Origin: Oceanispirochaeta sp.
Lineage (GTDB): Bacteria; Spirochaetota; Spirochaetia; DSM-2461
Assembly: GCA_963666275.2 (NCBI GenBank)
Contig: CAXXOA010000001.1
Coordinates: forward strand, 2,496,001-2,560,000
DNA length: 64,000 bases
Direction of reading: 5' to 3'
The translations under genes and the position numbers were made by a program. Under the pieces are notes generated by a model. The model did no database searches, was not told where the DNA came from, and saw only the letters and a program-made list of their open reading frames with translations. Positions 1 through 10,661 of this stretch are shown here, piece after piece; positions within the stretch are counted from its first letter, which is position 1; each line of letters opens with the position of its first letter.

Positions 1-556
1 AGTACCGGGAGAAAATCGCAGCCAGGCAATTGGGATCCAGTGCGGCCGGCTCGGTGTAAATCCCGTCCCTCATATCCTGAAGAACCTCCTCGCTGAAAAG
101 GACCTGTCCTGAGGTAGCGTCATCGGCTCCTATAACAAAGGGTTTCATCCCCGAGGGAACTGTAGAGAAATCACCTGAGGCAAAAGCTGAATCACTGAGA
201 GGGAAAAATCCATCCCGTACCATAACAGCAAAAAGATGATGGGTTCTGTTCAGGGAGAGTTCATATCGGGGATCATCGCCGAGCCTGTGAAAACAGAGGA
301 CCGGGACTTTTCCCCTATCCCTTTTTTCATAAAAAATAGTCTTTTCCCTGTCCCGTGAAATGCCTATGCCCCGATAGCCCAGTTCATCCGCCAGAAAAGC
401 TTCAGGATTAACCTCTCTCAGAGAACGGACAAAAACAAGACGAACCGGGTCATTATCCCGGTCCATCATGATCCGATAGAGATTGCCCCCGGTCAGGGCC
501 TGCACATCCTGCAGAAAAAAAAGAAATAAAAGAGATACTGTTAAATACCTGATCAA
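1..556 (-). CDS. Partial secreted polysaccharide deacetylase-like protein (runs off the window start)
   Basis: Not in the ORF track. Manual translation from TTG at 556: MIRYLTVSLLFLFFLQDVQA...KVPVLCFHRLG...KPFVIGADDATSGQ, open to base 1. Signal peptide plus VPVL-x-H and DD motifs typical of CE4 deacetylases. Confidence 0.55.
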   Translation of the reverse strand, partial: MIRYLTVSLLFLFFLQDVQALTGGNLYRIMMDRDNDPVRLVFVRSLREVNPEAFLADELGYRGIGISRDREKTIFYEKRDRGKVPVLCFHRLGDDPRYELSLNRTHHLFAVMVRDGFFPLSDSAFASGDFSTVPSGMKPFVIGADDATSGQVLFSEEVLQDMRDGIYTEPAALDPNCLAAIFSRY

Positions 557-569
557 GGATCTGTCTCTA

Positions 570-1445
570 TCAGAGAGCGTTCAGAGCCTCTCCTGCCATT
601 CGACCCGTATCCGAAGAGGGATCAATACTTCTGGATGCTTCAAATGCTTTCTTTGCCTGGCCTTTATTGCCTGCCCCCGCATACCCCTGCCCCATCAGGT
701 ACTGGATCTTCTGCAGATCTTCCGATGAAGCGGAAGGACTCTTCACAGCTTCAGCAAGAAGCCCGAGAGCCTCATCGTAGGCCAGGGATCTTATAAGAAG
801 CTCCCCTTTCCTGATTCCGTAGGTTGCCAGGAATTCCTCATCGATATTATCCCCGCTAATCTGCCTGAGACTCCTGGCATAGTCGCCTTTCTTTCCCAGA
901 GCATCGTAGCAGACAGCCGCAAAAAGCAGGCAGTTTTCATCTTCGAAAAAATCCCAACCTTCTGAAAAATTGACAAGGGCATCTTCATACTGCTCTTCCG
1001 CCAGAAGTTCCAGACCCGCATTCAGATAGGTAAAGGCATCTTCCATTCCCGTACTCATATCGAAGGTACTCTGCTCGGCACCACGGACTCCCATGGTCGC
1101 TTCCTGCTGCCATTTTTCGTATTCCGTATTGAGGGTCAGTTTTTTCTTCAGATCCAGGCTTGTTCCCGACAGACCTGAAACGCTGCCTGTGAGTTCTCTC
1201 ATATTATAGTTTCCATCATCAATCAGAGTGATCATGGCGTCGTCTACCAGGATTTCCGCATAACCGTCGTAAGACAGGCGTATCACAGCATTGGCCGGGA
1301 TTTCATCCCCTATATAGAGCTCAACCCAGGATGAGCCCTCTTTCATCTCCAGCACCCCTTCCAGATAATCCAGACTGGATTCACCAGTCAGAAAGAGAGT
1401 TGCCGAGACGATATATAACAGACCTATAGTTAAAATCTTTTTCAT
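570..1445 (-). CDS. Secreted TPR-repeat protein with FecR-like N-terminal beta region
   Basis: Signal peptide, 'MGVRG' motif, C-terminal TPR-like helices; GGAGG RBS upstream. Confidence 0.6.
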   Translation of the reverse strand: MKKILTIGLLYIVSATLFLTGESSLDYLEGVLEMKEGSSWVELYIGDEIPANAVIRLSYDGYAEILVDDAMITLIDDGNYNMRELTGSVSGLSGTSLDLKKKLTLNTEYEKWQQEATMGVRGAEQSTFDMSTGMEDAFTYLNAGLELLAEEQYEDALVNFSEGWDFFEDENCLLFAAVCYDALGKKGDYARSLRQISGDNIDEEFLATYGIRKGELLIRSLAYDEALGLLAEAVKSPSASSEDLQKIQYLMGQGYAGAGNKGQAKKAFEASRSIDPSSDTGRMAGEALNAL

Positions 1446-1633
1446 AGTTACTTCCTCCAGAGGAATTCGCTTATTAATAGTATACTCCGCATATTTTTAT
1501 TTTTACAGGGATAGGCCCCAAAAAAAGGAAAAAACCCCGCAGGAGAGAACTTATTCATCCCCGGAGGGATCTGGAGGATTTCAAAAATACTCTGTATAAT
1601 ACCAGTTCAAAATCATTCTAAAAGGATAGAAAA

Positions 1634-3316
1634 GTGGCAGACGATAAAAAAGTCATCTACTCCATGGTGGGAGTCAGCAAAAAGCACAATCAGAAAGTGA
1701 TTCTGAATAACATATACCTTTCCTACTTTTACGGAGCCAAGATCGGAGTCCTGGGTCTTAACGGAGCCGGTAAAAGTACCCTCCTCAGAATTCTGGCGGG
1801 AGTGGATACCGACATAACAGGTGAAACCGTCCTTTCCGACGGGTTCACCATCGGCTACCTGGAACAGGAACCTCAGCTGGATGAGACAAAGACAGTAAGG
1901 CAGATCGTGGAGGAAGGCGTCCAGGAAACAGTAGACCTCCTGAACGAGTTTGATGAGATCAATGCCAAATTCGGCGAAGAGATGAGCGATGAGGAGATGG
2001 ATAAGCTCCTTGCAAAGCAGGGACGGGTCCAGGAACGCCTGGAAGCCCTGGACGGATGGGATCTGGATTCCAGACTGGAACTGGCCATGGACGCCCTGCG
2101 CTGCCCCCCCGAGGACTCTCCTGTAAACGTCCTCTCGGGAGGTGAAAAAAGACGGGTGGCCCTGTGCCGGCTGCTCCTCAAGAAACCGGATATCCTCCTG
2201 CTGGACGAACCCACCAACCATCTGGACGCGGAATCCGTCGCCTGGCTGGAACACCATCTTCAGAAATATGAAGGAACCATTATTGCCGTCACCCATGACC
2301 GGTACTTTCTGGACAACGTTGCCGGCTGGATACTGGAGCTGGACCGGGGAGAGGGAATCCCCTGGAAGGGGAACTATTCGTCCTGGCTGGAACAGAAGCA
2401 GAAGCGCCTGGCCCAGGAGGAGAAGCAGGAATCGGACCGACAGAAAACCCTCAAACAGGAGATGGAATGGATCAGAATGTCTCCCAAGGGCCGTCATGCC
2501 AAATCCAAAGCCAGAATCAGTTCCTATGAGAACCTTCTGAACCAGGATACCAGAGAACATGCCAAAGATCTGCAGATCTATATACCCGCGGGTCCCCGCC
2601 TCGGGAACGTGGTTATAGAAGCTGACAGCATCAGCAAGGGATTCGGCGAGAGACTGCTTTATGAAAACCTCTCTTTCAAGCTTCCTCCCGGAGGGATTGT
2701 AGGTATCATCGGTGCCAACGGAGCGGGTAAAACCACCCTTTTTAAAATGATCACCGGCCAGGACAGTCCCGATTCAGGTTCCATCCGGCTGGGTGAAACA
2801 GTCAAACTGGCCTATGTGGACCAGACCAGAGAGAAACTGGATCCTGAAAAAACCGTATGGGAGCAGATCTCCGACGGTCTGGACATTGTGAAACTGGGAC
2901 AGAAAGAGATGAACTCCCGGGCCTTTGTGGCCCAGTTCAACTTTCTCGGAGCGGATCAGCAGAAAAAAGTGGGAGTCCTCTCGGGAGGAGAGAGGAACAG
3001 GATCAACCTGGCCATGATGCTCAAGGAAGAGGCCAATGTGCTTCTTCTGGACGAACCCACCAATGACCTGGACGTCAATACGATCCGGGCTCTGGAAGAG
3101 GGTCTTCTGAGCTTTGCGGGCTGTGCCGTCGTCATCAGCCATGACAGATGGTTCCTGGATAGAGTGGCCACCCATATCCTGGCCTTTGAAGGGGACAGTT
3201 CTGCCTTCTGGTTCGAAGGGAATTTCAGTGAATACGAAGAGAACAAGAGAAAGCGCCTGGGCATTGATGCCGATCAGCCCCACAGGATCAAATACAGAAA
3301 CCTGACAAGAGATTAA
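1634..3316 (+). CDS. ettA: ABC-F ATPase, energy-dependent translational throttle EttA
   Basis: Two ABC domains (GLNGAGKST, LSGGE, LLLDEPTN), GEGIPWKGNYSSWLEQK linker, C-terminal PHRIKYR. Confidence 0.95.
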   Translation: MADDKKVIYSMVGVSKKHNQKVILNNIYLSYFYGAKIGVLGLNGAGKSTLLRILAGVDTDITGETVLSDGFTIGYLEQEPQLDETKTVRQIVEEGVQETVDLLNEFDEINAKFGEEMSDEEMDKLLAKQGRVQERLEALDGWDLDSRLELAMDALRCPPEDSPVNVLSGGEKRRVALCRLLLKKPDILLLDEPTNHLDAESVAWLEHHLQKYEGTIIAVTHDRYFLDNVAGWILELDRGEGIPWKGNYSSWLEQKQKRLAQEEKQESDRQKTLKQEMEWIRMSPKGRHAKSKARISSYENLLNQDTREHAKDLQIYIPAGPRLGNVVIEADSISKGFGERLLYENLSFKLPPGGIVGIIGANGAGKTTLFKMITGQDSPDSGSIRLGETVKLAYVDQTREKLDPEKTVWEQISDGLDIVKLGQKEMNSRAFVAQFNFLGADQQKKVGVLSGGERNRINLAMMLKEEANVLLLDEPTNDLDVNTIRALEEGLLSFAGCAVVISHDRWFLDRVATHILAFEGDSSAFWFEGNFSEYEENKRKRLGIDADQPHRIKYRNLTRD

Positions 3317-3338
3317 AACTCCTTCAGCAGACTATAGT

Positions 3339-3370
3339 AGCCGGCTTCCTTCTGGAAGCCGGCTTTTTTT
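3339..3370 (+). terminator. Rho-independent terminator of ettA
   Basis: AGCCGGCTTCC-TTCT-GGAAGCCGGCT followed by a T-run. Confidence 0.9.
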
Positions 3371-3463
3371 ATAAGTCCTTTTTTTTCGCTCTTGCCTTGG
3401 GGAGGAATGGAGTATAGAATCATCACAATCAAAAGCATTACTATCATAGGAGTAACAATAAAA

Positions 3464-5083
3464 ATGGAAGAAATAACCTACGGGGCTCTGGCTATCCTTC
3501 CCCCTCTGGTTGCCATTGTCTTTGCCATGTGGAAAAAGCAGGTAATCATCTCCCTTCTGGCGGGAATATGGGGAGGGGCCACGATCATCAATCACTGGAA
3601 CCCCCTCAAAGGACTGCTTGAAACTTTTTCAAACTATATCGTCGGCCAGTCTCTGGCTGACTCCTGGAATATTGGTATCATCGTTTTCCTCCTGGCCGTG
3701 GGAGGAATGATCGGCATGATCAGCAAAATGGGAGGAACCAAAGCCATTGCCAGGAAGATTTCCGAAAAGGCTCTGGATGTCCGGTCCACCCAGCTCTCTG
3801 CGGCTCTTATGGGAGTGGCGATTTTCTTTGACGACTACGCCAACTCCATCATCGTGGGCAACACCATGCGCCCCATTACGGATGAACAGAAGATATCCAG
3901 GGAGAAACTCTCCTATATCGTTGATTCCTCCGCTGCGCCTGTCTCCTCGATGGCACCCATATCCACATGGATAGCCATGGAACTGGGACTGATTGCTGCT
4001 GGCCTTCAGGCTCTGGATATCTCAGGCAACTCCATGCTTGTGTTCTTTCAGACCATCCCGTTCCGGTTCTATTCGCTCTTTTCTCTGGTACTCCTTTTTA
4101 CCCTGATCCTCCGGAAAAGGGACTTCGGCTCCATGCTCAAAGCGGAGATCCGGGCCAGGTCTACCGGCCAGGTCTACCGGCCCGGCTCCAACCCCATGAT
4201 CACCGAAGACAAGGATCTTATGCCCGGTGATGAAATCAAAGGGTCTATCTGGGAAGTCCTCATTCCCATTGGTATCTTCATGGCCATCACCTTCTTCGGC
4301 CTCTGGTACAACGGCTACGAAGAGGGCTCCACCTTCAGGGATGCCATGGGAAATGCCGATGCCTCTGTGGTTCTGACCTGGGCAGCTTTCATAAGCTCCA
4401 TGGCTGCGGGCCTTCAGGGAATGATCAATAAAAAGTTCTCCCTCTCCGGTGCCGTTGACGCCTGGATGGGCGGTGTGAAAACCATGATGACCGCAGTGGT
4501 CATCCTGGCCCTGGCGTTTGCCCTGAAAGCCGTGATATCAGAGATGCAGCTGGCGGAATGGCTGGTGGAAGTCATTCCCTTCCAGGAGGGAGGCATGGCT
4601 GTTGTGCTGCTGCCCACTCTTGTTTTTGTGACCGCCATGTTTGTTGCCTTTTCCACAGGGACCTCCTGGGGAACCAATTCCATTCTTATGCCTATTGTCA
4701 TCCCTGTAGCCGCCAATGTATCGGCAGCATCCGGTGTGGTGACTCCTCTGATCCTGGCCTGTATCGGAAGCGTACTGACCGGAGCGGTTTTCGGAGATCA
4801 CTGCTCCCCCATTTCGGACACAACCATCCTCTCCTCCTCCGCATCAGGAGCCGACCATATCGATCATGTGAAAACACAGGCCCCCTATGCTCTTACCGCA
4901 GCCGGAGTGGCCATTCTTCTGGGAACCCTGCCGGCCGGCCTGGGCATCCCCTCCTGGATAAGCCTGGCAGCTGGAACAGCCGCAATTATCCTGATTGTTT
5001 CTCTGGCAGGAAAAGAAATTGATAATGAGGGAAATATTCTGAACAGCAGAAAGGTTTCCGCAGAAAAGGTTCAGACCAACTAA
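3464..5083 (+). CDS. Na+/H+ antiporter NhaC-family transporter (possibly amino acid transporter)
   Basis: Multi-TM protein with FFDDYAN, STGTSWGT and GAVFGDHCSPISDTTILSS motifs; start moved to ATG 3464 behind GGAG. Confidence 0.85.
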   Translation: MEEITYGALAILPPLVAIVFAMWKKQVIISLLAGIWGGATIINHWNPLKGLLETFSNYIVGQSLADSWNIGIIVFLLAVGGMIGMISKMGGTKAIARKISEKALDVRSTQLSAALMGVAIFFDDYANSIIVGNTMRPITDEQKISREKLSYIVDSSAAPVSSMAPISTWIAMELGLIAAGLQALDISGNSMLVFFQTIPFRFYSLFSLVLLFTLILRKRDFGSMLKAEIRARSTGQVYRPGSNPMITEDKDLMPGDEIKGSIWEVLIPIGIFMAITFFGLWYNGYEEGSTFRDAMGNADASVVLTWAAFISSMAAGLQGMINKKFSLSGAVDAWMGGVKTMMTAVVILALAFALKAVISEMQLAEWLVEVIPFQEGGMAVVLLPTLVFVTAMFVAFSTGTSWGTNSILMPIVIPVAANVSAASGVVTPLILACIGSVLTGAVFGDHCSPISDTTILSSSASGADHIDHVKTQAPYALTAAGVAILLGTLPAGLGIPSWISLAAGTAAIILIVSLAGKEIDNEGNILNSRKVSAEKVQTN

Positions 5084-5102
5084 AGAGCCTGGAACGTTCA
5101 TG

Positions 5103-5130
5103 GCCTCCGGAATATCCGGGGGCTTTTTTT
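5103..5130 (+). terminator. Rho-independent terminator
   Basis: GCCTCCGGA-ATA-TCCGGGGGC hairpin followed by T7. Confidence 0.75.
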
Positions 5131-5238
5131 AAGTCCTTCCGTGCAGGAAGCGAGTCTGATCTGTATGGGTGAAAAAATTAATGCATAAAAGGGCAAACAG
5201 TGAGATTGAGAGAATAGATTGATTAAGGAAGATGAACC

Positions 5239-6465
5239 CTACTGCTTTCCGGCTTTACGGGAGCGGTTCAGTTTTTCCATAGTCTTGTAGTAGTCGGCAT
5301 TCTTTTTCACTTCTCTGACATCGTCAATAAAAAATTTGTTGTCCACTACCTTGAACTTCTTGTTGTCCATCAGCTTTCTGAGCGCCACAGCCCCCACCTC
5401 TTTGGTAAGCCCCACAATATTGATAAGCTCTTTGGGACCGTAGGGATAGGAGTAGGACCGCTTCTGATTCATATCGATTCTGTTTTTTTCCAGTTCAAGA
5501 ACCAGGCTGTCCCACATCCGGCCCACAGGATCTCCCAGCATTGTATTTTCAAGCTGCTTGTAGATGGACCAGATTCTCTCTGCCAGAAGGATTGTCAGAC
5601 GGGAAATGATCTTGGGCTGTTCCACGACCATACTTTTAAAGTTGCTACGGTTTACAGCCATCAGAACTGAATCTTCATGGGCAATAGCCGAAGCACTGCG
5701 GGGTTTATTTTCAAGAAGAGCCATCTCGCCGAAAATATCGCCCGGTTTGAGCAGAGCCAGCATCACTTCATTGTTATCAACGATTTTGGTAATCCTGATA
5801 CTCCCCTTCTGGATGATGTAGAGTTCGGGGCCGTACTCGCCCTCACTGAAGACCATGGTATCTTTGGGATACTGCCGGATAAACTCCTGGGACTTTTCTA
5901 CATCCAGATAGGCTACTTTGGCATAGGGTTTTATTTTTTCTGCTTTTAACTGCGCCTCTTTGACATGTTCCCCGTCGGGACAGTGTTTGAGGTACTGATA
6001 ATAGGAGTAATAGGCCTGATTGTACTGATTCTGTTTAATATAGTACTCAGCCACCTGAAAAAGATGGGGAGGCTCGATTTCAGCGGCATTTTTAAAGGTC
6101 ATCCGGGTCAGGGCCTGGTCGAGCATTCTGACTTTACGGGAGAACACATTGATGATCTTCATGGCCACAGGAGTATTCCTCTCGATCAGAAGAGGATACT
6201 GTTCACGGCTGACGGAGATCAGGGTGACATCAGAAACGGCCCGGGCTGTTTCCAGGTGATTATGGGAAGCCATGGTTGATACAACACCGAAAAAATCCCC
6301 CGGCTTGAAAATCTCACCGCCGGACTCTTCTTCAATTTCAAACTCTTTTCCGCAATGGACGTTGCCGCTGCGGATTATGTAGAACTGATCTGCCCGTTTG
6401 CCTTCAACCGTAATGTAAGAGCCTTTATTAAAATTGACAAGTCCAAGCTGCAGTGGATTATTCAT
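5239..6465 (-). CDS. Crp/Fnr-family protein with two cNMP-binding domains and a TPR-like linker
   Basis: PGDFFGVVS and PGDIFGEMALLENKPRSASA cNMP motifs; likely start MNNPLQL at 6465. Confidence 0.85.
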   Translation of the reverse strand: MNNPLQLGLVNFNKGSYITVEGKRADQFYIIRSGNVHCGKEFEIEEESGGEIFKPGDFFGVVSTMASHNHLETARAVSDVTLISVSREQYPLLIERNTPVAMKIINVFSRKVRMLDQALTRMTFKNAAEIEPPHLFQVAEYYIKQNQYNQAYYSYYQYLKHCPDGEHVKEAQLKAEKIKPYAKVAYLDVEKSQEFIRQYPKDTMVFSEGEYGPELYIIQKGSIRITKIVDNNEVMLALLKPGDIFGEMALLENKPRSASAIAHEDSVLMAVNRSNFKSMVVEQPKIISRLTILLAERIWSIYKQLENTMLGDPVGRMWDSLVLELEKNRIDMNQKRSYSYPYGPKELINIVGLTKEVGAVALRKLMDNKKFKVVDNKFFIDDVREVKKNADYYKTMEKLNRSRKAGKQ

Positions 6466-6539
6466 CCTTTCTCCCATTTTTATGATACTCAATTCGGGCG
6501 AAGATTTTCCCCTCTTCACCCGAATAATGACATCCGGAT

Positions 6540-7826
6540 TTAGTTATATATCGGGAAATCCTCACATAAAGATTGAACCTTTTTCTGGATTTCGTCAATT
6601 TTATTTTTTTCTCCGCCGCTTTTTAATACCTCAGTAACGTACTGGGCAATGAGTTTCATCTCATTTTCCTTCATTCCTCTGGAAGTAACAGCGGGGGTTC
6701 CGATCCGGACACCGGATGTAACGAATGGACTCTTTTTGTCGAAGGGGATGGCATTCTTGTTCACTGTGATACTCGCTTCATCCAGCCAGGATTCCGCATC
6801 CTTTCCTGTGACATCCATATTGGTCAGATCCACCAGCATGAGATGGTTGTCTGTACCGCCCGAAACGATTCTCACGCCCCCGGCTTCCAGTTCCGCCGCC
6901 AGAACTGCGGCATTTTTAACAACCTGGGACTGATAGGTTTTGAAATCCGGCTGCAGCGCTTCTTTGAATGCTACGGCTTTTGCCGCAATGATATGCATCA
7001 GGGGACCGCCCTGACAGCCGGGGAATATGGATCCGTTGACAAGTTCGGACCAGTTTTTCACCCTGCCGCTTTTAGGGGCAATGGCCCCGATCGTATTTTC
7101 GCCGTCTTTTCCCATAAGGATCATACCGCCCCGGGGTCCCCGGAGTGTTTTATGGGTTGTGGTCGTTGTAAAATGAGAGTCCATCAGAGGAGAGGGATGC
7201 TCACCGGCAGCGACCAGACCGGCAATATGAGCCATATCGGTCATGAGGAAAGCCCCTACTTCATCGGCGATCTCTCTGAATTTTTTGAAATCCAGGGTTC
7301 TGGGATAGGCGGACGCCCCGGCAATGATCATTTTGGGTTTTGTTTCTTTTGCTGTTTTGAGAAGAGCATCGAAATCGATCCTCTCAGTTTCGGGGTCCAC
7401 TCCGTAGCTGACAATATTATAGAGCTGACCGGAGAAGTTAACGGGAGATCCATGGGTCAGATGCCCTCCGTGTGCCAGGCTCATACCAAGAACGGTATCG
7501 CCGGGTTTACAGACTGTCAGGTACACTCCCATGTTTGCCTGACTTCCCGAGTGGGGCTGAACATTGGCGTATTCACAGCCGAAGAGCTCTTTTGCCCTTG
7601 CTATGGCCAGATCTTCCGCCTCATCGACAAATTCGCATCCGCCATAATATCTTTTGGAAGGATAGCCTTCGGCATATTTGTTGGTTAAAACAGATCCGGC
7701 CGCTTCCAGTACGTTGGAAGAGACAATATTCTCAGAAGCGATAAGCTCCAGATTTCCTTTCTGCCGTTTCAGCTCCCGCTGCATTGCCTCAAAAAGCTCG
7801 GGATCATAACTCTTCAATCCGCTCAT
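6540..7826 (-). CDS. glyA: Serine hydroxymethyltransferase
   Basis: [31 protein letters not shown]-lysine motif. Confidence 0.97.
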   Translation of the reverse strand: MSGLKSYDPELFEAMQRELKRQKGNLELIASENIVSSNVLEAAGSVLTNKYAEGYPSKRYYGGCEFVDEAEDLAIARAKELFGCEYANVQPHSGSQANMGVYLTVCKPGDTVLGMSLAHGGHLTHGSPVNFSGQLYNIVSYGVDPETERIDFDALLKTAKETKPKMIIAGASAYPRTLDFKKFREIADEVGAFLMTDMAHIAGLVAAGEHPSPLMDSHFTTTTTHKTLRGPRGGMILMGKDGENTIGAIAPKSGRVKNWSELVNGSIFPGCQGGPLMHIIAAKAVAFKEALQPDFKTYQSQVVKNAAVLAAELEAGGVRIVSGGTDNHLMLVDLTNMDVTGKDAESWLDEASITVNKNAIPFDKKSPFVTSGVRIGTPAVTSRGMKENEMKLIAQYVTEVLKSGGEKNKIDEIQKKVQSLCEDFPIYN

Positions 7827-7884
7827 TCAAATCTCCTTACCAACCGGGCCTCTGACCGGCTGATGCATTATATTCTTATCTTTC

Positions 7885-9504
7885 CTATTCAGAAATATCT
7901 ATAGAACTCCATTGTACCGAACAGCTTTCCAGATGTCCAATCCACTCTTCAAATATATTCTGCTGACTGTATGACTGAAAGTCAATCCTCCGGGAGTTTC
8001 CCCTGAAAGGGATTCCCCTGAGATTTCCCCGGGAAAAAGCGATATACCGGTTATCCAGATACCCCCATCCGCCGGGAGACGGGGCATCATCCGGAAGATA
8101 GGAAGCCAGCATGCCGTCGGGAGCCGAGGGATCAACGGGAAACCATCCGACACCGGGAAGAGAGATTTCCGCCCAGTAATGGGGAATACCCTGTGATCCG
8201 TTGTGAGGCACGAAGATCCCTGAAACCATCCTGGCGGGGACTCCCGAAGCCCGGCAGAGGGCTGTAAAAAAAGAGGCATACCCCAGTGAGTCGGCTACCC
8301 TCTCGGTCATCCACTGGGTATGATCGATGTTCCTGCCTTCCAGATCCGGATCCAGCTTCCACTGAATGTATTCATAGATGAGAAGCCCCTTGGCATAGGG
8401 ATTCCTCTCCCTCAGGACCACCGCAGCGGCTGTTCTTGTAAAATAGTCAACAGGAATGTCTTCGCTGTCTTTCAGCCATCGGCTCATGACGTCCTGATTT
8501 TCATAATGATCGGGAATATCCTCCGGATTGACAGAAAACTCCACATTCTGAGTGGAAACACGGTACTGCCGGGAGATTTCATAGCTGTGGCCGCTTGTGA
8601 GCTCGGAGATACGGAACACCTGAAGATTCCCGTCAAAACGGAATGGTTCCAGGTTCCCCTCCGTATCCAGAAGCTCCTGGCCCGGACGGAAATCAGGCCT
8701 GGGAATCCAGAGGTTCAGAGAATTGCCCGGAAGACTTCCCACCCTGTCAATCATCACCTTCTGGGAGAGAGTCCACTCCCGGGAATCTGAGAGGGTTATT
8801 TCACCGGTTTTTTCCACTTCGATGGTGACAGGATTACTGTAACCCGCTGCGGTACGCACATAAAGGGGGCCCGAAACGGCCTCTTCGGGAAGGAAAAAAG
8901 CGATCTCATTATCGGTCCAGTTATAGTAGTATTCATCGGGAACCGGCAGATAGTCCTCTTCGTCGGGAGCATCCAGAACATCTTCGGGCAGCTCTCCAGT
9001 CAGATTGATAAGAACGGAACTGTTTTTGCGCCTGGCTCCCAGCTTGTCGCCGCTCAGGACCACCAGACCTCCCGGTTTGAAACTGCTGCGGTTGATTGTG
9101 GCAAGATAGGGTTTTCCCGGCAGAAAGGCTCCGATGGACCGGTCCGGCAGGCGCTCGGAAAGGATATACAGGGCCCCTTTGCTCCTGCCGCCGGGGGTTT
9201 CCACATAAACTAGCCCGGACCCTGTCAGTGGGGGGATCCTGACTTTGATTGTATCATCCGACCAGTACTCAATGGCCGAAGCGGGAAGGAATACATCATC
9301 TAGCCAGACCCGGGATTTACTCCTGATGTCGCGAAAGTTGTTTCCCTCGATGATCATAAGATCTCCCGAACGGACCTCTTCCGGTGTGAGAGAGAGAATT
9401 TCAGGAAGCCGCTTGGAAACGGAGAGACTCAGTAGGAACAGAAGGATAAGGCAGACATAGACTGCCGCGGGAACTATATGATAGAGGAAATTCTTTTTAC
9501 TCAT
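7885..9504 (-). CDS. Membrane-anchored IPT/TIG + transglutaminase-like domain protein
   Basis: N-terminal TM, two IPT-like repeats (W-S/T-D-x-x-I), ALCRASGVPARMVSG and HYWAE...GWFPVDP. Confidence 0.8.
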   Translation of the reverse strand: MSKKNFLYHIVPAAVYVCLILLFLLSLSVSKRLPEILSLTPEEVRSGDLMIIEGNNFRDIRSKSRVWLDDVFLPASAIEYWSDDTIKVRIPPLTGSGLVYVETPGGRSKGALYILSERLPDRSIGAFLPGKPYLATINRSSFKPGGLVVLSGDKLGARRKNSSVLINLTGELPEDVLDAPDEEDYLPVPDEYYYNWTDNEIAFFLPEEAVSGPLYVRTAAGYSNPVTIEVEKTGEITLSDSREWTLSQKVMIDRVGSLPGNSLNLWIPRPDFRPGQELLDTEGNLEPFRFDGNLQVFRISELTSGHSYEISRQYRVSTQNVEFSVNPEDIPDHYENQDVMSRWLKDSEDIPVDYFTRTAAAVVLRERNPYAKGLLIYEYIQWKLDPDLEGRNIDHTQWMTERVADSLGYASFFTALCRASGVPARMVSGIFVPHNGSQGIPHYWAEISLPGVGWFPVDPSAPDGMLASYLPDDAPSPGGWGYLDNRYIAFSRGNLRGIPFRGNSRRIDFQSYSQQNIFEEWIGHLESCSVQWSSIDISE

Positions 9505-9531
9505 GAAACATCAGACCTTCCGGAAAAGGGA

Positions 9532-10092
9532 TCAGTTAACAGACTTCTCCAGTGGATTTGCTCCGCTCTCAGGAGCGGTCCCCGCGGAAGCTTCATCGCT
9601 GTTAAGCAGATAAGGACTGATCAGTACAGCCATTTCGACATGAAGCTTTTCAGGATTGTTTAGATTATCCATTTTTCCGAGAGGAAAGAAAAGTACCTGT
9701 TCACCATAATTCAGAGGAATACTCTTCATACTGGTGTAGTAGCGGATGCCGTTTTCTTCTGCGGATCCCGCAGTCTGAACCAGCCATATTTCACTCTGGG
9801 CAACCAGGATCAGTCCCCCTTCGGCTTTTCTATAGGGAGTAAAGTGCACAGAAAGTCTGGCCCTGTCATTTTTCAGATGGATCGTCACAGGCCTTCCGGG
9901 GATTGTGAGCTTCACAACCTCCGATTCCCACAGGACATTTCTGGTATCCTGGGACAGGCTGGCATGGATATGAATGGACAGAGCCTCTTTGAGAAGCTCC
10001 TCCAGAGATTTTTCATTGACCTCCTCAGAGAGCAGAAGAGCTCCGGGGAGGAGAGTCATAATGAGGGCAAACCAGATGAGACGTTTTGTCAA
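9532..10092 (-). CDS. Secreted hypothetical protein in ECF sigma operon
   Basis: Signal peptide; overlaps the anti-sigma stop codon. Confidence 0.65.
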   Translation of the reverse strand: MTKRLIWFALIMTLLPGALLLSEEVNEKSLEELLKEALSIHIHASLSQDTRNVLWESEVVKLTIPGRPVTIHLKNDRARLSVHFTPYRKAEGGLILVAQSEIWLVQTAGSAEENGIRYYTSMKSIPLNYGEQVLFFPLGKMDNLNNPEKLHVEMAVLISPYLLNSDEASAGTAPESGANPLEKSVN

Positions 10093-10661
10093 CGTAGTCC
10101 ACTCCCATCCAGGCTGGCTGTTTTCAGCAGCTGGGAATCGCCGTAAATATCAAAATTCATATCCACGGGAAGTTCCATGCTGGTTTCCTGGGTAAAAAGC
10201 TGACTGTCCGAAGGTTCAAGGAAGGAAAGGAGCTGGTTGATATCCTCTCCCGGTACTGTCAGATCACCCGCCGGTATAGACCAGCCCTCGGAAACAGCAA
10301 TGGGAGGAGCCATATAGCTGGCAGACGGAGTGACATTGCCCGCCGTAAGAAATCCGAAAAAGAAGGCGAGAACCGCAGCGGCTGCGGCGGCAACGGGGAT
10401 TCCCGACCATCCTGAAAAACTCCAGGAGGGAGTGGAATCCTGGACTGTATGCCTCTGACGGATCATCCGCTGAATATCAGAAAACTCCGATGTGAGAACC
10501 GGTTCCGGCAGGGACTGGAGCTGCTCGCTCTGGGAGGCAAACCCTTTTACCAGGGCACTGCATGTTGAACACTCTTCCAGATGATCCCGGATCTGTTCCA
10601 TCCAGGGACTGGAGACCTCACCGTCATAATAGGCGGACAACAGAGTTTTGTCAGGGCACAT
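10089..10661 (-). CDS. Zinc-finger (zf-HC2) anti-sigma factor
   Basis: MCP...LSAYYDGE...HLEECSTC (HxxxCxxC) followed by a TM segment; start at ATG 10661 overlapping the sigma gene end. Confidence 0.85.
   Translation of the reverse strand: MCPDKTLLSAYYDGEVSSPWMEQIRDHLEECSTCSALVKGFASQSEQLQSLPEPVLTSEFSDIQRMIRQRHTVQDSTPSWSFSGWSGIPVAAAAAAVLAFFFGFLTAGNVTPSASYMAPPIAVSEGWSIPAGDLTVPGEDINQLLSFLEPSDSQLFTQETSMELPVDMNFDIYGDSQLLKTASLDGSGLR

Noticed and set aside
1613..2560. Long antisense ORFs (e.g. 1613-2560, 6843-7688, 11705-12799, 13562-14704, 24634-25698, 48916-49857)
   Set aside because: Shadow frames opposite well-conserved genes, with no recognisable motifs or RBS.
5185..5235. GGGCAAAC as the start of a c-di-GMP-I riboswitch
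   Set aside because: No following GNRA-capped stem or GACGCAAAGC element, and it lies between convergent gene ends.
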